A DNA stretch of 63,459 nucleotides, filler included, from Rozella allomycis CSF55 (Eukaryota), in the NCBI GenBank assembly GCA_000442015.1. It is 6 parts of 6 records of this genome, joined end to end, with 100 filler letters (N's around TTAATTAATTAA, not from the genome) between each part and the next. Parts side by side here need not be neighbours in the genome. Positions count along the whole stretch, not along the records: positions 35,965 to 53,679 come from KE560829.1; positions 53,780 to 55,420 come from KE560832.1; positions 55,521 to 60,667 come from KE560835.1; positions 60,768 to 63,459 come from KE560837.1; 2 more parts are not named here. One strand, 5' to 3'. Shown one piece after another: positions 49,255 to 61,790 of this stretch; the stretch's first letter is position 1, and each line of letters starts with the position of its first letter. Made by a program: the position numbers and the translations under genes. The notes below the pieces were generated by a model, which did not search any database, was not told where the DNA came from, and saw only the letters and a program-made list of their open reading frames with translations.

Positions 49255-52200
49255 TTAGTTCAATCCGCAGCAACCAATGTGGAGAGCTTTGTATTCTTCC
49301 CATGTCTGAAGAGAAACAGAATTTTTCAAGTCTTGCAAATTTGCGAATCCCATGGCCCAGTAAGAAGGTTTATCATTTGAATGAGAGTGTCTGTTTGGCA
49401 ACTCACGATAATGATGAATATTGCAACGATTTGCCAAATAATATTCGATTAAATCTTCACGGTTCAAGTCAACGAGTAGCCTTTCAACTAATGAAGTGTC
49501 AGTGACTCTGATCCCATTCCCTTTATTCCAAATTTCTTCATCAAGATACTTGCCAGTAACAAGAACGATTAATTTCTGAGCGTGATGCGGGTAAATCTTT
49601 TCAGATTGTAGCAAACTCTCAATTAAAAGGTTAACACCTACTTGATAAGCATCAGAAAACTTGAAAGATCTACACCCCTTGGAAATTCCTTCCTTGAACA
49701 ACTTTAGAAATTTATCAAATGATGTTTCATTCAACATTAGCATCGCTAGCTCATTGCTCAATATTTCAATTTCTTTTTGCTTTTTCTCTTTAACGCGCAC
49801 GGAATAATCATTGGCATAAAATGATTTTGCTTTATTGTAGAGAACCTTTTCAATGGCAGAAAAACATCCAGGATCAGGAAATGTAACTTTTCTTGTATCC
49901 AAGTCCACATCTGCAATTCTAGAATCCAATGTAAAGTAATGAAGAGCTTGAAAAACATTGATGAAACGAAAGAAAGGCAGATCAGAAATTTCGAGTTTTG
50001 AGCAAACCAATTCGTCGGAATTTTCGTCAATTTGTTTTATCCTTTCAATTTTTTCATTGATGTTTAATGTTTTCGAATTGGCTACAGCAAGATATTCTGG
50101 CAACACAGCAAGGAGTTCGATTTTGGAAAAATCAGAAAATACTTCTTGGGCGAATGCAATGTTACGATCATAGGAAAAGGTACTGTAAGGGTCATTTGGC
50201 TCTTCTACGAAATATTCCTGAAGGGGAATACCATATTTTTCAAGGTCCAGGTTGAGTAATTTCTTCATCACTTCATTGCGATCCTCTGTTTTAAACCGTT
50301 TTCGTATGATATTCCAAAGCTCGTAAGAATAAGTCGAACGGAGAATGCGGGGAAGTTCTTTAAGAGAATCATTAGTTAAACACTCGCTTAATGGGGCAAT
50401 TAAATGAGAAACACCAAAATAGGTTCCAATATCAAACGCCATGGTACTATTGTTGGATTCCGCAGTAAGAAAAGGCACGAGTTTTCTGCAATTGGATTTC
50501 ATGACTATTGAAAGTTGATCAACCAGCATTAAAAATGTTTCAATTTTTACGGTCGATTTGTCTTTGTTCAAGATTTCAATCATTTTATAGCAAGAATTAG
50601 CAATAGATGAGCCGAAAGTGTAAGGGACATATGAAATCATTCTTCGCATTCCTAAACTGGCAAGGTACTCCATCATTGTTGGCGCGTGTTTCATCAGAAA
50701 ATTTAGAATTCTTAAATCGTCAAATATAGGAATAGCATTCACAATAGGTCGTTTACTTCCCGGGGTGTAAATGTTATTACTTTTTTCCTTTGCGGCGACT
50801 AAGAGATCAGCCACACTCACGTGACAATCGAAATGAATGTCGTTCAAACGCCAAGTCATGGGGTCTGGATAATCTCCAACGGGTGCTTCACACGGGACAC
50901 CTACAATATTAAATAATAAAAGAATTTCAAGTGCACTTGCCATTTCAATAGATTCATCATCAACAAGGGCACAAACAGTCTTGATGCCTTCCAAAGTCGT
51001 TTCTTGAGAAATAAATGACACTCTGTGATTTGAATCATCGATACCGTTCAGTTCGTGAATATTGGAATGCATCATTCGAACTTCTTGTCTAACAATTGCA
51101 TCAAAGTCAAGTTGATTGTCACATGCCATGGCCCTTCTTGCTAAACCCTTTGCAGTTTTTCCAGAGGCAGATCTCAAATATTCAGCTTGCTGTGATGCAT
51201 TCAGTTTCTCCACGCGGTCATTGTTGGCAATTTCTGCAAAAAGTAAATCCAATGCCTTCTTTTGCTTATTCACATTTCTCTTTAATATTTTCAACCTATC
51301 TTTCAATTTCAATTCATCAAATTTCGACCCTAGCTCGTCCACTGACTCTGGAAGGCTGACACACCAAACGGCCATTTTATTAAAGTACGACGTAATTTCT
51401 TGAAGCTCAGCACGAGAATTATCCGTATTAATAACTTTAAGTAATTTTATCTTTTGCAGAAAGGCTTCCATTTTGGCATTCACTAGCATCGCATATTCAT
51501 CACGTGACAAAGAGTTAACATTCATGTTCATCTCAACTATTTTTCCATCAAGAGTCAATGGCTGTTCAGGCAATTCATCAAACCAAATAAAATTCTGACC
51601 CGCTGACAATTGAACTTTATTTGTACCCGAGGCCTTCCATGGTTCAAGTTTCATAATGGCCTTTCCACAACAAAGATCAACAGTACCAAATGAAAAGCCA
51701 TCATTATCAAATAACTTTACTATTTCGCTTGCAATGGCTTCAATAGAATCATTTGCGTTAATGTCCACAATGCTAAATAATGTATTCGAGTTATTCAACT
51801 GAAGCAAACTACATAATGCTCGAGTATCTGGCTGTCCATAATTTGAAGTAAACAGTCTTATTGACTGCGAGCTTACCTTGAGCCCCATCTTATCAACAGT
51901 TTCTTTCACCGACTGCGCTGCATCTTGAGTTTCCTTTTGATCAAAAATCTCCCCATCAGATATCGTAAGTATTCTCACATGACTTCCCTGTGTAACACAA
52001 AGCTGTCCAGATAACAAAGGCATCACTCCAGCCATGGAAGTTCCTCCTTGATGCCCAATTTCGTATCTTGCCAGATCAGAAATTTTTAAGCATTTCTTTT
52101 CGGACTTACAAGTAAAAGTTATGAATGTTATCAGGTCAGACAAGTCGTAGTTTAAACTACTCAAAGCTTTGGGTAGAATCTGATTTGCCATACGACTAGC

Positions 52201-52323
52201 GTGGTGACACATAGAGCCAGAAATATCCAAAATGATAATAAATGGGGTCTTTTGGGTAGCTTTTCCACTCTCATTAACTAGTATTTTGCCCAAGAATCCG
52301 TCGCTGGTTTGGTAAAATTCCAT
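49255..52323 (-). CDS. Large intronless vWA-domain protein of unknown function
   Basis: 1022-aa ORF with MIDAS-like ILDISGSM, GGT and LTISDGE. The rest is unassigned and ends in a His/Cys-rich tail. Confidence 0.85.
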   Translation of the reverse strand: MEFYQTSDGFLGKILVNESGKATQKTPFIIILDISGSMCHHASRMANQILPKALSSLNYDLSDLITFITFTCKSEKKCLKISDLARYEIGHQGGTSMAGVMPLLSGQLCVTQGSHVRILTISDGEIFDQKETQDAAQSVKETVDKMGLKVSSQSIRLFTSNYGQPDTRALCSLLQLNNSNTLFSIVDINANDSIEAIASEIVKLFDNDGFSFGTVDLCCGKAIMKLEPWKASGTNKVQLSAGQNFIWFDELPEQPLTLDGKIVEMNMNVNSLSRDEYAMLVNAKMEAFLQKIKLLKVINTDNSRAELQEITSYFNKMAVWCVSLPESVDELGSKFDELKLKDRLKILKRNVNKQKKALDLLFAEIANNDRVEKLNASQQAEYLRSASGKTAKGLARRAMACDNQLDFDAIVRQEVRMMHSNIHELNGIDDSNHRVSFISQETTLEGIKTVCALVDDESIEMASALEILLLFNIVGVPCEAPVGDYPDPMTWRLNDIHFDCHVSVADLLVAAKEKSNNIYTPGSKRPIVNAIPIFDDLRILNFLMKHAPTMMEYLASLGMRRMISYVPYTFGSSIANSCYKMIEILNKDKSTVKIETFLMLVDQLSIVMKSNCRKLVPFLTAESNNSTMAFDIGTYFGVSHLIAPLSECLTNDSLKELPRILRSTYSYELWNIIRKRFKTEDRNEVMKKLLNLDLEKYGIPLQEYFVEEPNDPYSTFSYDRNIAFAQEVFSDFSKIELLAVLPEYLAVANSKTLNINEKIERIKQIDENSDELVCSKLEISDLPFFRFINVFQALHYFTLDSRIADVDLDTRKVTFPDPGCFSAIEKVLYNKAKSFYANDYSVRVKEKKQKEIEILSNELAMLMLNETSFDKFLKLFKEGISKGCRSFKFSDAYQVGVNLLIESLLQSEKIYPHHAQKLIVLVTGKYLDEEIWNKGNGIRVTDTSLVERLLVDLNREDLIEYYLANRCNIHHYRELPNRHSHSNDKPSYWAMGFANLQDLKNSVSLQTWEEYKALHIGCCGLN

Positions 52324-52439
52324 CTAAGGTGGCTTGGAAGATGTGATCTAAACCTTGAATTACATTTTGGAATTTTCAGAAATTTATTTGATTGAGTCTC
52401 ACATGAAATTTAGAAACACCATAAAGCCTGTTAGTATCC

Positions 52440-53679
52440 AAATAATAACCGATAAAATGTAACCAGAGTTTTATTGATGTAATCATGGTTATCGGACGGG
52501 GAGGTACGACCCGGACTCCAGACACGATTATTGAAAATNGACCGATAAAATGTAACCAGAGTTTTATCGATGTAATCATGGTTATTGGCGTATAATTTCC
52601 TTCAATATAGATATTGATCATTATTTATACAGCATTGTAAGAGTCAACATTCCCTTTGTTAATCTCGCTTTTGCGTCTATAAAAAGTATTTTTTTGCAAT
52701 ATGCGAGTGAAGTGAGTACAAACCCTAACTATGGACAATGTGGTGGGAACCCGGAGCCGTTATCTTACAACGTTAGCACATTAGTTTTGACTCGAAGGGA
52801 ACTATCTGTACGAGATCACTACTCATCAACTTCGTCAGTTTATTATTCAAGAATTGCTTTGTTTCGAGAATCAGAAAGATTTCAAAACATTTCAATCGGA
52901 AAGTGTTGCTTGTCAGTTATCTGCATCTGTAATACTAAAAGCGGAGTTGCCATGGTAATTGGTTGTCAAGAATATAGATGAACCTTCCATGATGCCAACA
53001 ATGAGTAGTANGTTCATTCCATATTTCCATAGCAGGGAATCAGAACGTCCCATATTCGAAGTACTTAAAATTTAAAATCCATTCGATAGCAAACATGTGA
53101 TGTATTATGAAATATTTTAATCATCAGCTCAAATATTCGGCACGATAAAGGAAATCGTAGTTTTTAGTTCGGTTGCCACTTTTCGCGATTATTTTACGTT
53201 TAAAATAATAAAAAATATAATAATATTAATTATGAATTTGTCTTTATTTATTTAGTGAATAATGGTGCTGTTCCGAGTTTCTCATTATCAGTATTCACTC
53301 ATTAGTCATTTAGTCATAATGATGAATTCTCAAGTAAAAACCGTGTTAAATTGTTTGTTTTTTTAAGATCAATTTCAATTAAGCGAATTGAGAATTGATC
53401 CGTTAAAAAGGAAGGACAATTTCTAAGTTAAGAAGAAGCATTTCGTCAACATAAAAAATAACTATTGTCTATTCATATTGCAATTTATTAGAATACCTCC
53501 CCGTCCGATTAAACGAGCACTGCGAGACTTGTTGGCGTAGTCATAATCAAAGATTTGACCCTTGTAATATTTTTCCCATAACTTCCTTCAATATAGATAT
53601 GATCATTATTTATACAGCAATGTAAGAGTCAAAATTCCCTTTGTTAGTCTCGCTTTTGCGTCTATAAAAAGTATTTTTT
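52440..53679. repeat. Local duplicated non-coding blocks (52449-52493 vs 52541-52588; about 52590-52695 vs 53577-53679)
   Basis: ccgataaaatgtaaccagagtttt.. and ttccttcaatatagatat..gtaagagtcaa..gcttttgcgtctataaaaagtattttt each occur twice. Confidence 0.8.
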
Positions 53680-54133
53680 NNNNNNNNNNNNNNNNNNNNN
53701 NNNNNNNNNNNNNNNNNNNNNNNTTAATTAATTAANNNNNNNNNNNNNNNNNNNNNNNNNNNNNNNNNNNNNNNNNNNNTGACTCGGAATTTTGATAAAT
53801 AGATTGTTTTTATTCAGTTGTTAAAGAACAGAAGTGAAGAAAGAAATCAAAAGATTCAATAGTGAAGGAATCGATATAGGATTCAAAGCAGTGAGAGGCA
53901 GAGGGGGCGACATAGGAGACAATAAGACAGAGGATGAAGAAACTGATATACGAAGAATGCAATCAAATCTAGTTCATGCATTTGAAGTTTACAAAAAGAT
54001 GAATGAAATGGCAGATAAGGGATGTTTGTTTTTGAGGCATGAACTAACATGATGAAGTCTTGACCGACCAAATATGGATAGCAAAGGGCGGAGATGCTTA
54101 GGATTCACGATTACGGATTATACGGAAATGATT

Positions 54134-54334
54134 CTATATAAACTTAATACTGACACATCGTTGTTGAAACAGTTTTTTTTTCATTTTAGATTTTGTTGTT
54201 TTAAATATGTCAACTTTTTTTATTGAATAATTAAATGATGTTCTGAGTTGATCAACTATCTGATTCTCCGACAAATTTTTCTTGAAGGCTTCATGAATTT
54301 TTTGTCTAAAATATCCTAAATTTCCAAAAGACAT
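54134..54334 (-). pseudogene. Possible Clr5-like HTH fragment
   Basis: LGYFRQKIHEAFKKNLSENQIVDQLRTSFNYSI loosely resembles the Clr5 HTH. Short, with no downstream domain. Confidence 0.25.
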
Positions 54335-55520
54335 TTCCCGCTCTTTTCACAATGAATCGCAAAACAAAAATGAAATAACGAAGAATAATCCTAAATTCAG
54401 GAAGGAATGCAAAAATATATATTCTGGGGATTCCGTGCGTGGTTTGGTAGATTTTCGCCTACATTCCATTTTTTGTTATCATTTAACATGTTAAAAGACA
54501 AATGCTAGCGTCGGCGCGAATACCAATCATTGTTTTCTTATAAATCAACATCAACTAAAATAGTTTGGTGGTGAAATTAGAGATTCATTTTTTGTTTGCA
54601 TCTGGCAAATCTTTTGATTTGGGTTTTTGGGAAGCAAATTATTCTTGTCACAGGCAATTACTTCATATGCGATAGTTTCCGCCCTTTGCTATCCTCATTT
54701 GGTCGCAAATCGTCAGATTTCTTTTACTGTGGTGAAGCCTACTTATGTGAAATACTTGTTGTTAGAACTATTAGTCAATTTTATCTATTTTAAGACAGAT
54801 GATTATATGGTTCGTTCACTTGCGACATGGCGAAAGGGGAAAATAGATGGAGGTTTGGGATTCTTTATTTGACGGAAAGAAAATAGGTACATGTTTAACA
54901 AAGTGACAGGAGATTTCGAATGGCAACTTACGATTATATTATAGTTTTGCGATATTCTTAAAAATATGAAGTCCAAAATCGTTAAATGAAATGAAACTTC
55001 TGTTTACTTTCTTCTTAATTGACTTCTGATCTGGATTGCAAAAGTAATGCGTATAAATCACTTACATAGAGTGTCTTTGTTCTATATTGACGTTGTGCTT
55101 GATTCGTCTAACTGTAACTTTCAATCAAATTAAGAGGTCAAAGGACGTTTCTAATCCTGAATCTACTAATTGTTATAAATTGGCTGAAATATTTCAAATT
55201 AATATTCGAGAAAAAGCAAATAACTTGGGATTCGGAGTTCATGCTCATGATATGACAGTGCCTGTGCAACTACCAAAGTCCATGTTTATGTTGATTGAAG
55301 ATGAGAACCCATATATACTCTATTTAAAGCAGAAAGTGCTTACACGGTTTTTCCCTGCTAATTATATGAAGGTTAAAAATGGTCCAGTGAGAAATTCTAA
55401 GCGTCAACTATCTGAAAACGNNNNNNNNNNNNNNNNNNNNNNNNNNNNNNNNNNNNNNNNNNNNTTAATTAATTAANNNNNNNNNNNNNNNNNNNNNNNN
55501 NNNNNNNNNNNNNNNNNNNN

Positions 55521-58500
55521 TTTGGATCCCTCCCTGGTCACCACTCACACTAGATTGTACACTTCCCTCACCACTATTGATGTTTTCATTGATTGAGAAA
55601 TTCTTATTTATATGACTCACATTTTGACTTGGATCAACTCTAAGTTCACTTTCTTTTTGTAACATTTCATTTTGATCAACTCTAAATTCATTATGATTTT
55701 CTAAAATTTCATTTTCATTTGCTTGCTCTTCATCAATGACGAAAGTAAACCTAGATCTCTTCCTTCTTGAAAAGAAAGAGTTGATTGAACTTTGATCTTC
55801 CTGATTTAAAATAAAATGATTTGAAGTTTTCCTTTTTCTTACACTTCCCTCTCCTCTTTCTATGTTTCGTTTTGNACATTGAATCGATTGGGTGATTTAT
55901 TAAATTTGTTTCTACACCTCCCTTTCCACACTGATCATTGTCATTTCCATTTTTGAATTTATCATTAATGGACATTTCATCATTCACACATGTTGCTTTT
56001 AAATCACATAAATCAAATTGCATTTTCATTTCTACTCCTCCCTCACCATCTTCTAATATCACTTTATCAAAATTATTCAAATCAAGTTTAATCATTTCGA
56101 CTTCACCTCCCTGCTCCTTAACTCCTCCCTGATCTAATTTTTGTTTTAATTTATCAAATTCCGAATCCATCCATATATGTACTCCTCCCTCATCATCTTT
56201 TAGTATCATTTTATTTGAATTAAATTTAGTTCTTTCGAACACACTTCCCTTCTTCTTTACTCCTCCCTGCTCTAATTCATTTTCTACTTCACCTCCATCA
56301 TCTTCCAATTTCGCTAAGTTTGAATCCCTCTCGACTACACTTCTTTGCTCCTTTACTCCTCCCTTGCCTTGTGCTGTTTCAATATGATTAAGTTCCGGAC
56401 CTATGAATACATCTACTCCTCCCTCATCATCATCATTTTTGATTATATCTAAGTCTCTCTCGACTACACCTCCCTGCTCCTTACCATTGAAATGTTCGTT
56501 TAAACCTTCTCCCTCTTCATCCATGATTACATCTTTGATATTGGCATTTTCCGTTCTTAAGATATTCTTTTTAGAATTTATTCCTTTCATCTCATTTCTA
56601 TCGTTAGGTCTCCATCCCTCACCACTTCTCAGGTTGCTATCTAGGGCTTCATCGCTCTCTCTTAGGTCTGGATCGTTTCGAGTATTAAAAGAATTTAAGA
56701 ATGTATTTATATTTTTAATTTTGAAGTTTTTAACCATTTTAGTTGAAGAAGTCGCTTTAGGAAATTTCATTCTCTTCCCTTCCACCATGTTCTTAGCTAG
56801 GTCCAACGAGAGTAAGTGATCATTTTTATCTTTTTTTATAGTCGGCCGTTGGAATATATCCTTTTCGCGAAGATTTTGTGTCCAGAGTTGAGTATTTTTG
56901 TGCTTCAGGTAGCCCTGCTTGGTGTGAACTGTTGAATCACTGGATGTTGAGATGAAAGTTAAGTTAGACATATTAACGGACTGGATTAAATTATTTGAAG
57001 CATCAAAGTTAGATTGAATTAAAGATTTAAAAGTGTTGTTTGATGATTCAGAGCTCAGTGGATCAGAAAGACTGATTTGAGTAGAAACTGCATTATTTAG
57101 ATTATTTGAGGCATTTAAATATTTTTTAGAACATATTTTTGAAGATTGTTTGAAAAATTTAGTTAGTTTTGGTTGATTTGAAATTTCGGAAATTTTGGAA
57201 AATGCTCTTGTGGAAGAACTTCTGGATATTTTAATGGAACTAGAATGTTTGGACAGCTTAATCTTATTTTTCATATTTAATTTCATTTCCATTGTTTGAA
57301 TTTGCCCTTTAGGTGAACTTGTTGTTGACTTTTGATGAATATTGTTGAAATATTTGCTTTTTAAACGGGAAATGGGTTCATATATTTTATTTGAATTAAA
57401 CAAAATTATTTCTGGCTCCTCGGCGCTATCAAGGTTCATTTGAGAAGACTGCATTTTTGAAGGAGTCGAAAAGTGTGAATTTGCTGGTCCTGTAAGAAGA
57501 AAAGTTTTTTGAAATGTTGGATTGAAGCTAGATTTTGTGCTTTGGACATGGATTTCGAAAATTGATTTCAACGGATACATTGAAGGTAAGAAATTAAAAG
57601 ATTCCATGGAAGTCAAATGTAGATATGAATTATATATTTTCAGAGAAATTAAATCCATTTTAACATTAAAGATAGAGCAAGTTTTAGATATTAAATGATT
57701 ATAAATTCTATTTTCGATTTTTCCAAAAATCCTTTTGTGTTCCGTTTCCGTTGGGACAGTAGCTAATATTAAAGAATTATTTTTTCCATGCATGTAGAAC
57801 TTTGTTCCGTTTGATTTCGCCCACTTTTGACCTTCAATTTGATATTTGGAAAATTGTAAATTCTGAAATGATTGTATTTGGAGTTCAAAAGGTAAAAAAT
57901 AAGTATTTAATAATATAGGATTAATAAATATTGATTCTCTTTTTGAATTGATTAAAATATATTCATTTGTAAAATTGTGGCTGATATGCCCAACACAAAA
58001 GTTTCGCGATAAGCTTGAAAAATGAACTGAGAAGAAAGATGAATTTATATTATTATCAAATAATTTTGAAGCACTCCAATCGGACAAGTTTTGCCCAACA
58101 TTCGAATAAGTTAAAATTGAAGTCTCTTCAAAAACATTCCTTTGAGGTCTATAATATGAAAAATAATTATTTAAGGATGGTTTGCTATCTAGTTCATTTA
58201 TACCATCAAAATTGGTCGAGTTATGATCATTTTTCAAATTGTGGCTTGACACCCAAACATCATTATATTCCAAATTTATATTCTGAATAACGGAATGAGT
58301 AGATAATAATGTAAGATTTAAATTTAAATTAGTCCCATCGAAATCTGCCGAGTTTAGACCTTGATTTGTTAAGTCGAAAGATGGATAAGGGGAATTAGAT
58401 CCATGATAGAAATTGATAGGTAAGGAGAAAAGGAAATTTAACTTAGGATCATCAAAAATATAATTGTTCTTAAAAATCATTGGATTACATTTAGTGTTCA

Positions 58501-60667
58501 TGTTCTGCGTTGCCTTCGAAATTTCCCTTCGCTCTATATTTTCAATTGGGACACAGGGGTCATTAGACAATAAACTATAATTACATTTTACAATGCTTTC
58601 ATTATCAGTATTTAGAGATTTTCCCTTAGAAAGATTAGAAGTTGAGTCATCGACTTGATAAGGTAATGTTTGATTTTTGATTAGATTTACATTAGATATA
58701 GGTGTAGAGTTAGAGATAGAAGATGGACATGGAAGATCAATCAACATTACCTCACCAAGATCCGATGAAGATAAAGATGAAGAACAAAGAATTGGTGAGT
58801 GGGAGGCTGGTAAGTTAGAAATTTCATGATTAACATTAGTTGAAGCATCGACTTGGTAAGGTATTGCATGATTGGTTAAATGATTAAAATTAGATTTGGA
58901 TGCAGCAGTAGAATTAGAAGATGGACAAGGAAGATCAATCAACATCACCTCACCAAGATCCGACGGCGAAGAAGAAGAAGAATATATATTAGAGTCGGGC
59001 AAGTTAGAAATTCCATGATTCGCATTGGATTGATTGATATTAATAGAATCAAGAGAAGAAATAGAAGATGGTTCTTCAAGTAAGATACTTTCATTATCAT
59101 CATTTAGATTAAAAACATCACTTAATAAATTTTCATTCTCATCAACAACTTCATTGCTTTTAACATCAATGTTTATTTCTTCCACAATGTTGCCCATTGG
59201 TGCAGAACCAAATGTGGACTTGAAGTAGTCCATGTGTTGGTTAATGTTTCTATGATCCAACTGACAGTGATCCTTCAACTTTCTCTTCTTTACTGAGCGA
59301 ACCATTCTCATAAACGAACCATTATTCTGCGGTTGGGCAATATCAGTAACAATAGAATGAAAAACTTCAACTCTTCTCTTATATAATCTATCTCTAAAGG
59401 CTTCGTTTGCATCACGCAGCTTCTTATAAGCTTCAGTCACATCAAAATTAGTAGAGTTCGAATTATCTTGTAAGTTTTGGGCTTCCATTGTCAATGATTC
59501 AATCTTACTGGACTCCTCAATCAATTCTGGAGTCCAGAAATGTTCACTTGTATAAGACTTAAATCTTTTTAAACCAACATGCGTAACCGCCTCAGATGCG
59601 ATCCATTCTTTTATGATGGACCACATCTCATCTACTTTCGCTTGATTATTTAGGGCATTGTTTGACTTTGTTTCACTCAAGAGCTTCAAAATATCAGGAA
59701 GATTCTGTTGAAGAGCAAGAGAAAAAGCTTCTTGGGTTTCTTTATTCACAAATTTTCTAATATTAAGTCGGTTAAATGATTTGAATTTTCTACTATTGTT
59801 CTGAATATCAAGACAGAGCTTCATTGGTCTATGATCTGAACCACCAAGTGATTTATTCTGAAAAACATGAAAAGCAGAAACAACTTTAGCAATATCAAGG
59901 GAAGTAATGAAGTAGTCCGTGATGCCTTTTCCAGTTGCAGTTCTTGTAGTAAATTGGGTTTCATTTGTTTTGATGTTCGTTAGGGGAAAGTCTTCTAGAA
60001 GTTTTTGGAGAACCATACCACGTGAATTGGTGGAATGGTCGCCGGTTAAACAAGAACTCCGGGCGTTAATATCACCCGCCAGAATAAAAGATTCTTTGAA
60101 GCCGTCTGTTTCTTCATCTAAAATTTCAAAAAGATCATTAAGGATTGAATCATTAGCAGATGGCTCAAGATAAAGAGCACATATAAAAATGTCAAAGTAC
60201 TTGAAAAGTGCCCAGCGTTTGCATTCATCTTCTCTTATTAGGAAGAAAGCTTCTCGATTCTTGGCAAGGATGCAGAGACCGCCTTTTCCTCGTCGACCAC
60301 CACGAAGGATGATCTCATCGGAAGAGTGGCATGCATTATAGACACAGCAATTCTTAAAAGGGATATTATCCCCTGAAGAAAGCCATGTCTCACCTAAAAT
60401 TAGCAAGTCAATGTTCTGAGAAACGAAAAAGTGCATTATGTTGTCGGCTTTGCCGACAACGCCGTTAGCATTAAAAAAGCTTAGAGAAATCATAATGATT
60501 CGGGATCTACAGCCATGGCTGAGTCCCTACTTACTTGTTGTTGTTCGATTTGGTTTTGTTCGTTTGTNTTTGGTCATTTGTCTTAGATTCAGTATCAGTT
60601 GATTCCTGCTTGGTAATTTCATTTTGGATTTCGTATGGCAAGCCTTCAATGATGCATGCCTTGAGGT
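55521..60667 (-). mobile_element. Non-LTR (LINE-like) retroelement: end of ORF1, then ORF2 with an APE endonuclease; no RT seen in this contig
   Basis: ORF2 (55751-60493) has FNANG, LILGETW, LYLEP, AGDINA, TNSRG, ITDY and SDHRP, then a FWTPEL linker. The upstream frame ends in a TGA overlapping the ORF2 ATG. Confidence 0.82.
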
Positions 60668-60767
60668 NNNNNNNNNNNNNNNNNNNNNNNNNNNNNNNNN
60701 NNNNNNNNNNNTTAATTAATTAANNNNNNNNNNNNNNNNNNNNNNNNNNNNNNNNNNNNNNNNNNNN

Positions 60768-61049
60768 TAATAACAAAATTTATTCTGGCAAATACATTTT
60801 TTCTATCGCCTTTGCATCTTCAATCAATGCAGGAATGTTCTTTGCCTCAGCGCACTCTAAAACACAACATTATCAAAACATTTCATCCACACACTGCCGA
60901 TACTCTGTAAAAAGGTCTCGACAATCATCCTCAAATACTCCATTCAGCAATTTCTCTGTATACCACTTGTTAAAGCACTTTCCGTACTTTCTTTTCAAAT
61001 CTGTACATTTATCATCCAAAGATGGCAGCGACGGTTCCGTATCTGGCAT
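60768..61049 (-). CDS. MDM35: Mitochondrial intermembrane-space twin-Cx9C-type protein Mdm35/TRIAP1 (not in the ORF track)
   Basis: MPDTEPSLPSLDDKCTDLKRKYGKCFNKWYTEKLLNGVFEDDCRDLFTEYRQCVD, plus a second exon (S)ALRQKNIPALIEDAK. Confidence 0.88.
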
Positions 61050-61086
61050 CTAATCGGTCAGTTTGGAAATATGTAATTTCAATGTT

Positions 61087-61790
61087 CCTTTTCCTAACCC
61101 TTTTGGGCTGTTGTGTTTTTGTTTGCTATCTTTAGAGCCAACTTCAAGTACGCAGTCGATAAATTTCAGTCGATAATTTTACGACTGAAAGTCGATTGCA
61201 ACTGAAGTAACTGAGCCTCAAAGCGAAATGAAAGACATCGAGAATAATTGCATTAATGAGGGATTTTGGCAACGACTGAATTCTCTCTTAAATACAAATT
61301 AACAGTTTATCTTTTATTTGCACCATATCACATATTCGCAATTAACAATTTAATTTATTAATCATGCNCCTTTTCCTAACCCTTTTGGGCTGTTGTGTTT
61401 TTGTTTGCTATCTTTAGAGCCAACTTCAAGTACGCAGTCGAAAAATTTCAGTCGATAATTTTACGACTGAAAGTCGATTGCAACTGAAGTAACTGAGCCT
61501 CAAAGCGAAATGAAAGACATCGAGAATATTTGCGGATTTTGACTACGTCTTAAATACAAATTAAAGTTTATCCCTTATTTGCACCATATCACATATTCGC
61601 AATTAACAATTCAATTTATTAATCATTCTTTAAGAAAAGCAAATAGTCTCCAAGAGATTTCCCGNATTCTCTCTTAAATACAAATTATAGTTTATTTAAT
61701 ATCTAAATCTTATCACATATTCGCAATTAACAATTCTTTATTAATCATTCTTTAAGAAAAGCAAATAGTCTCCAAGAGATTTCCCGTAGC
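61087..61790. repeat. Repeated copies of the 3' end and flank of the adjacent gene across n joins
   Basis: ccttttcctaacccttttgggc.. occurs twice, and atcacatattcgcaattaacaatt..attaatcat three times. Confidence 0.8.

Noticed and set aside
53780-55420. Short ORFs (53834-54052, 54627-54872, 55087-55420)
   Set aside because: Fragments between gaps with no identifiable domain.
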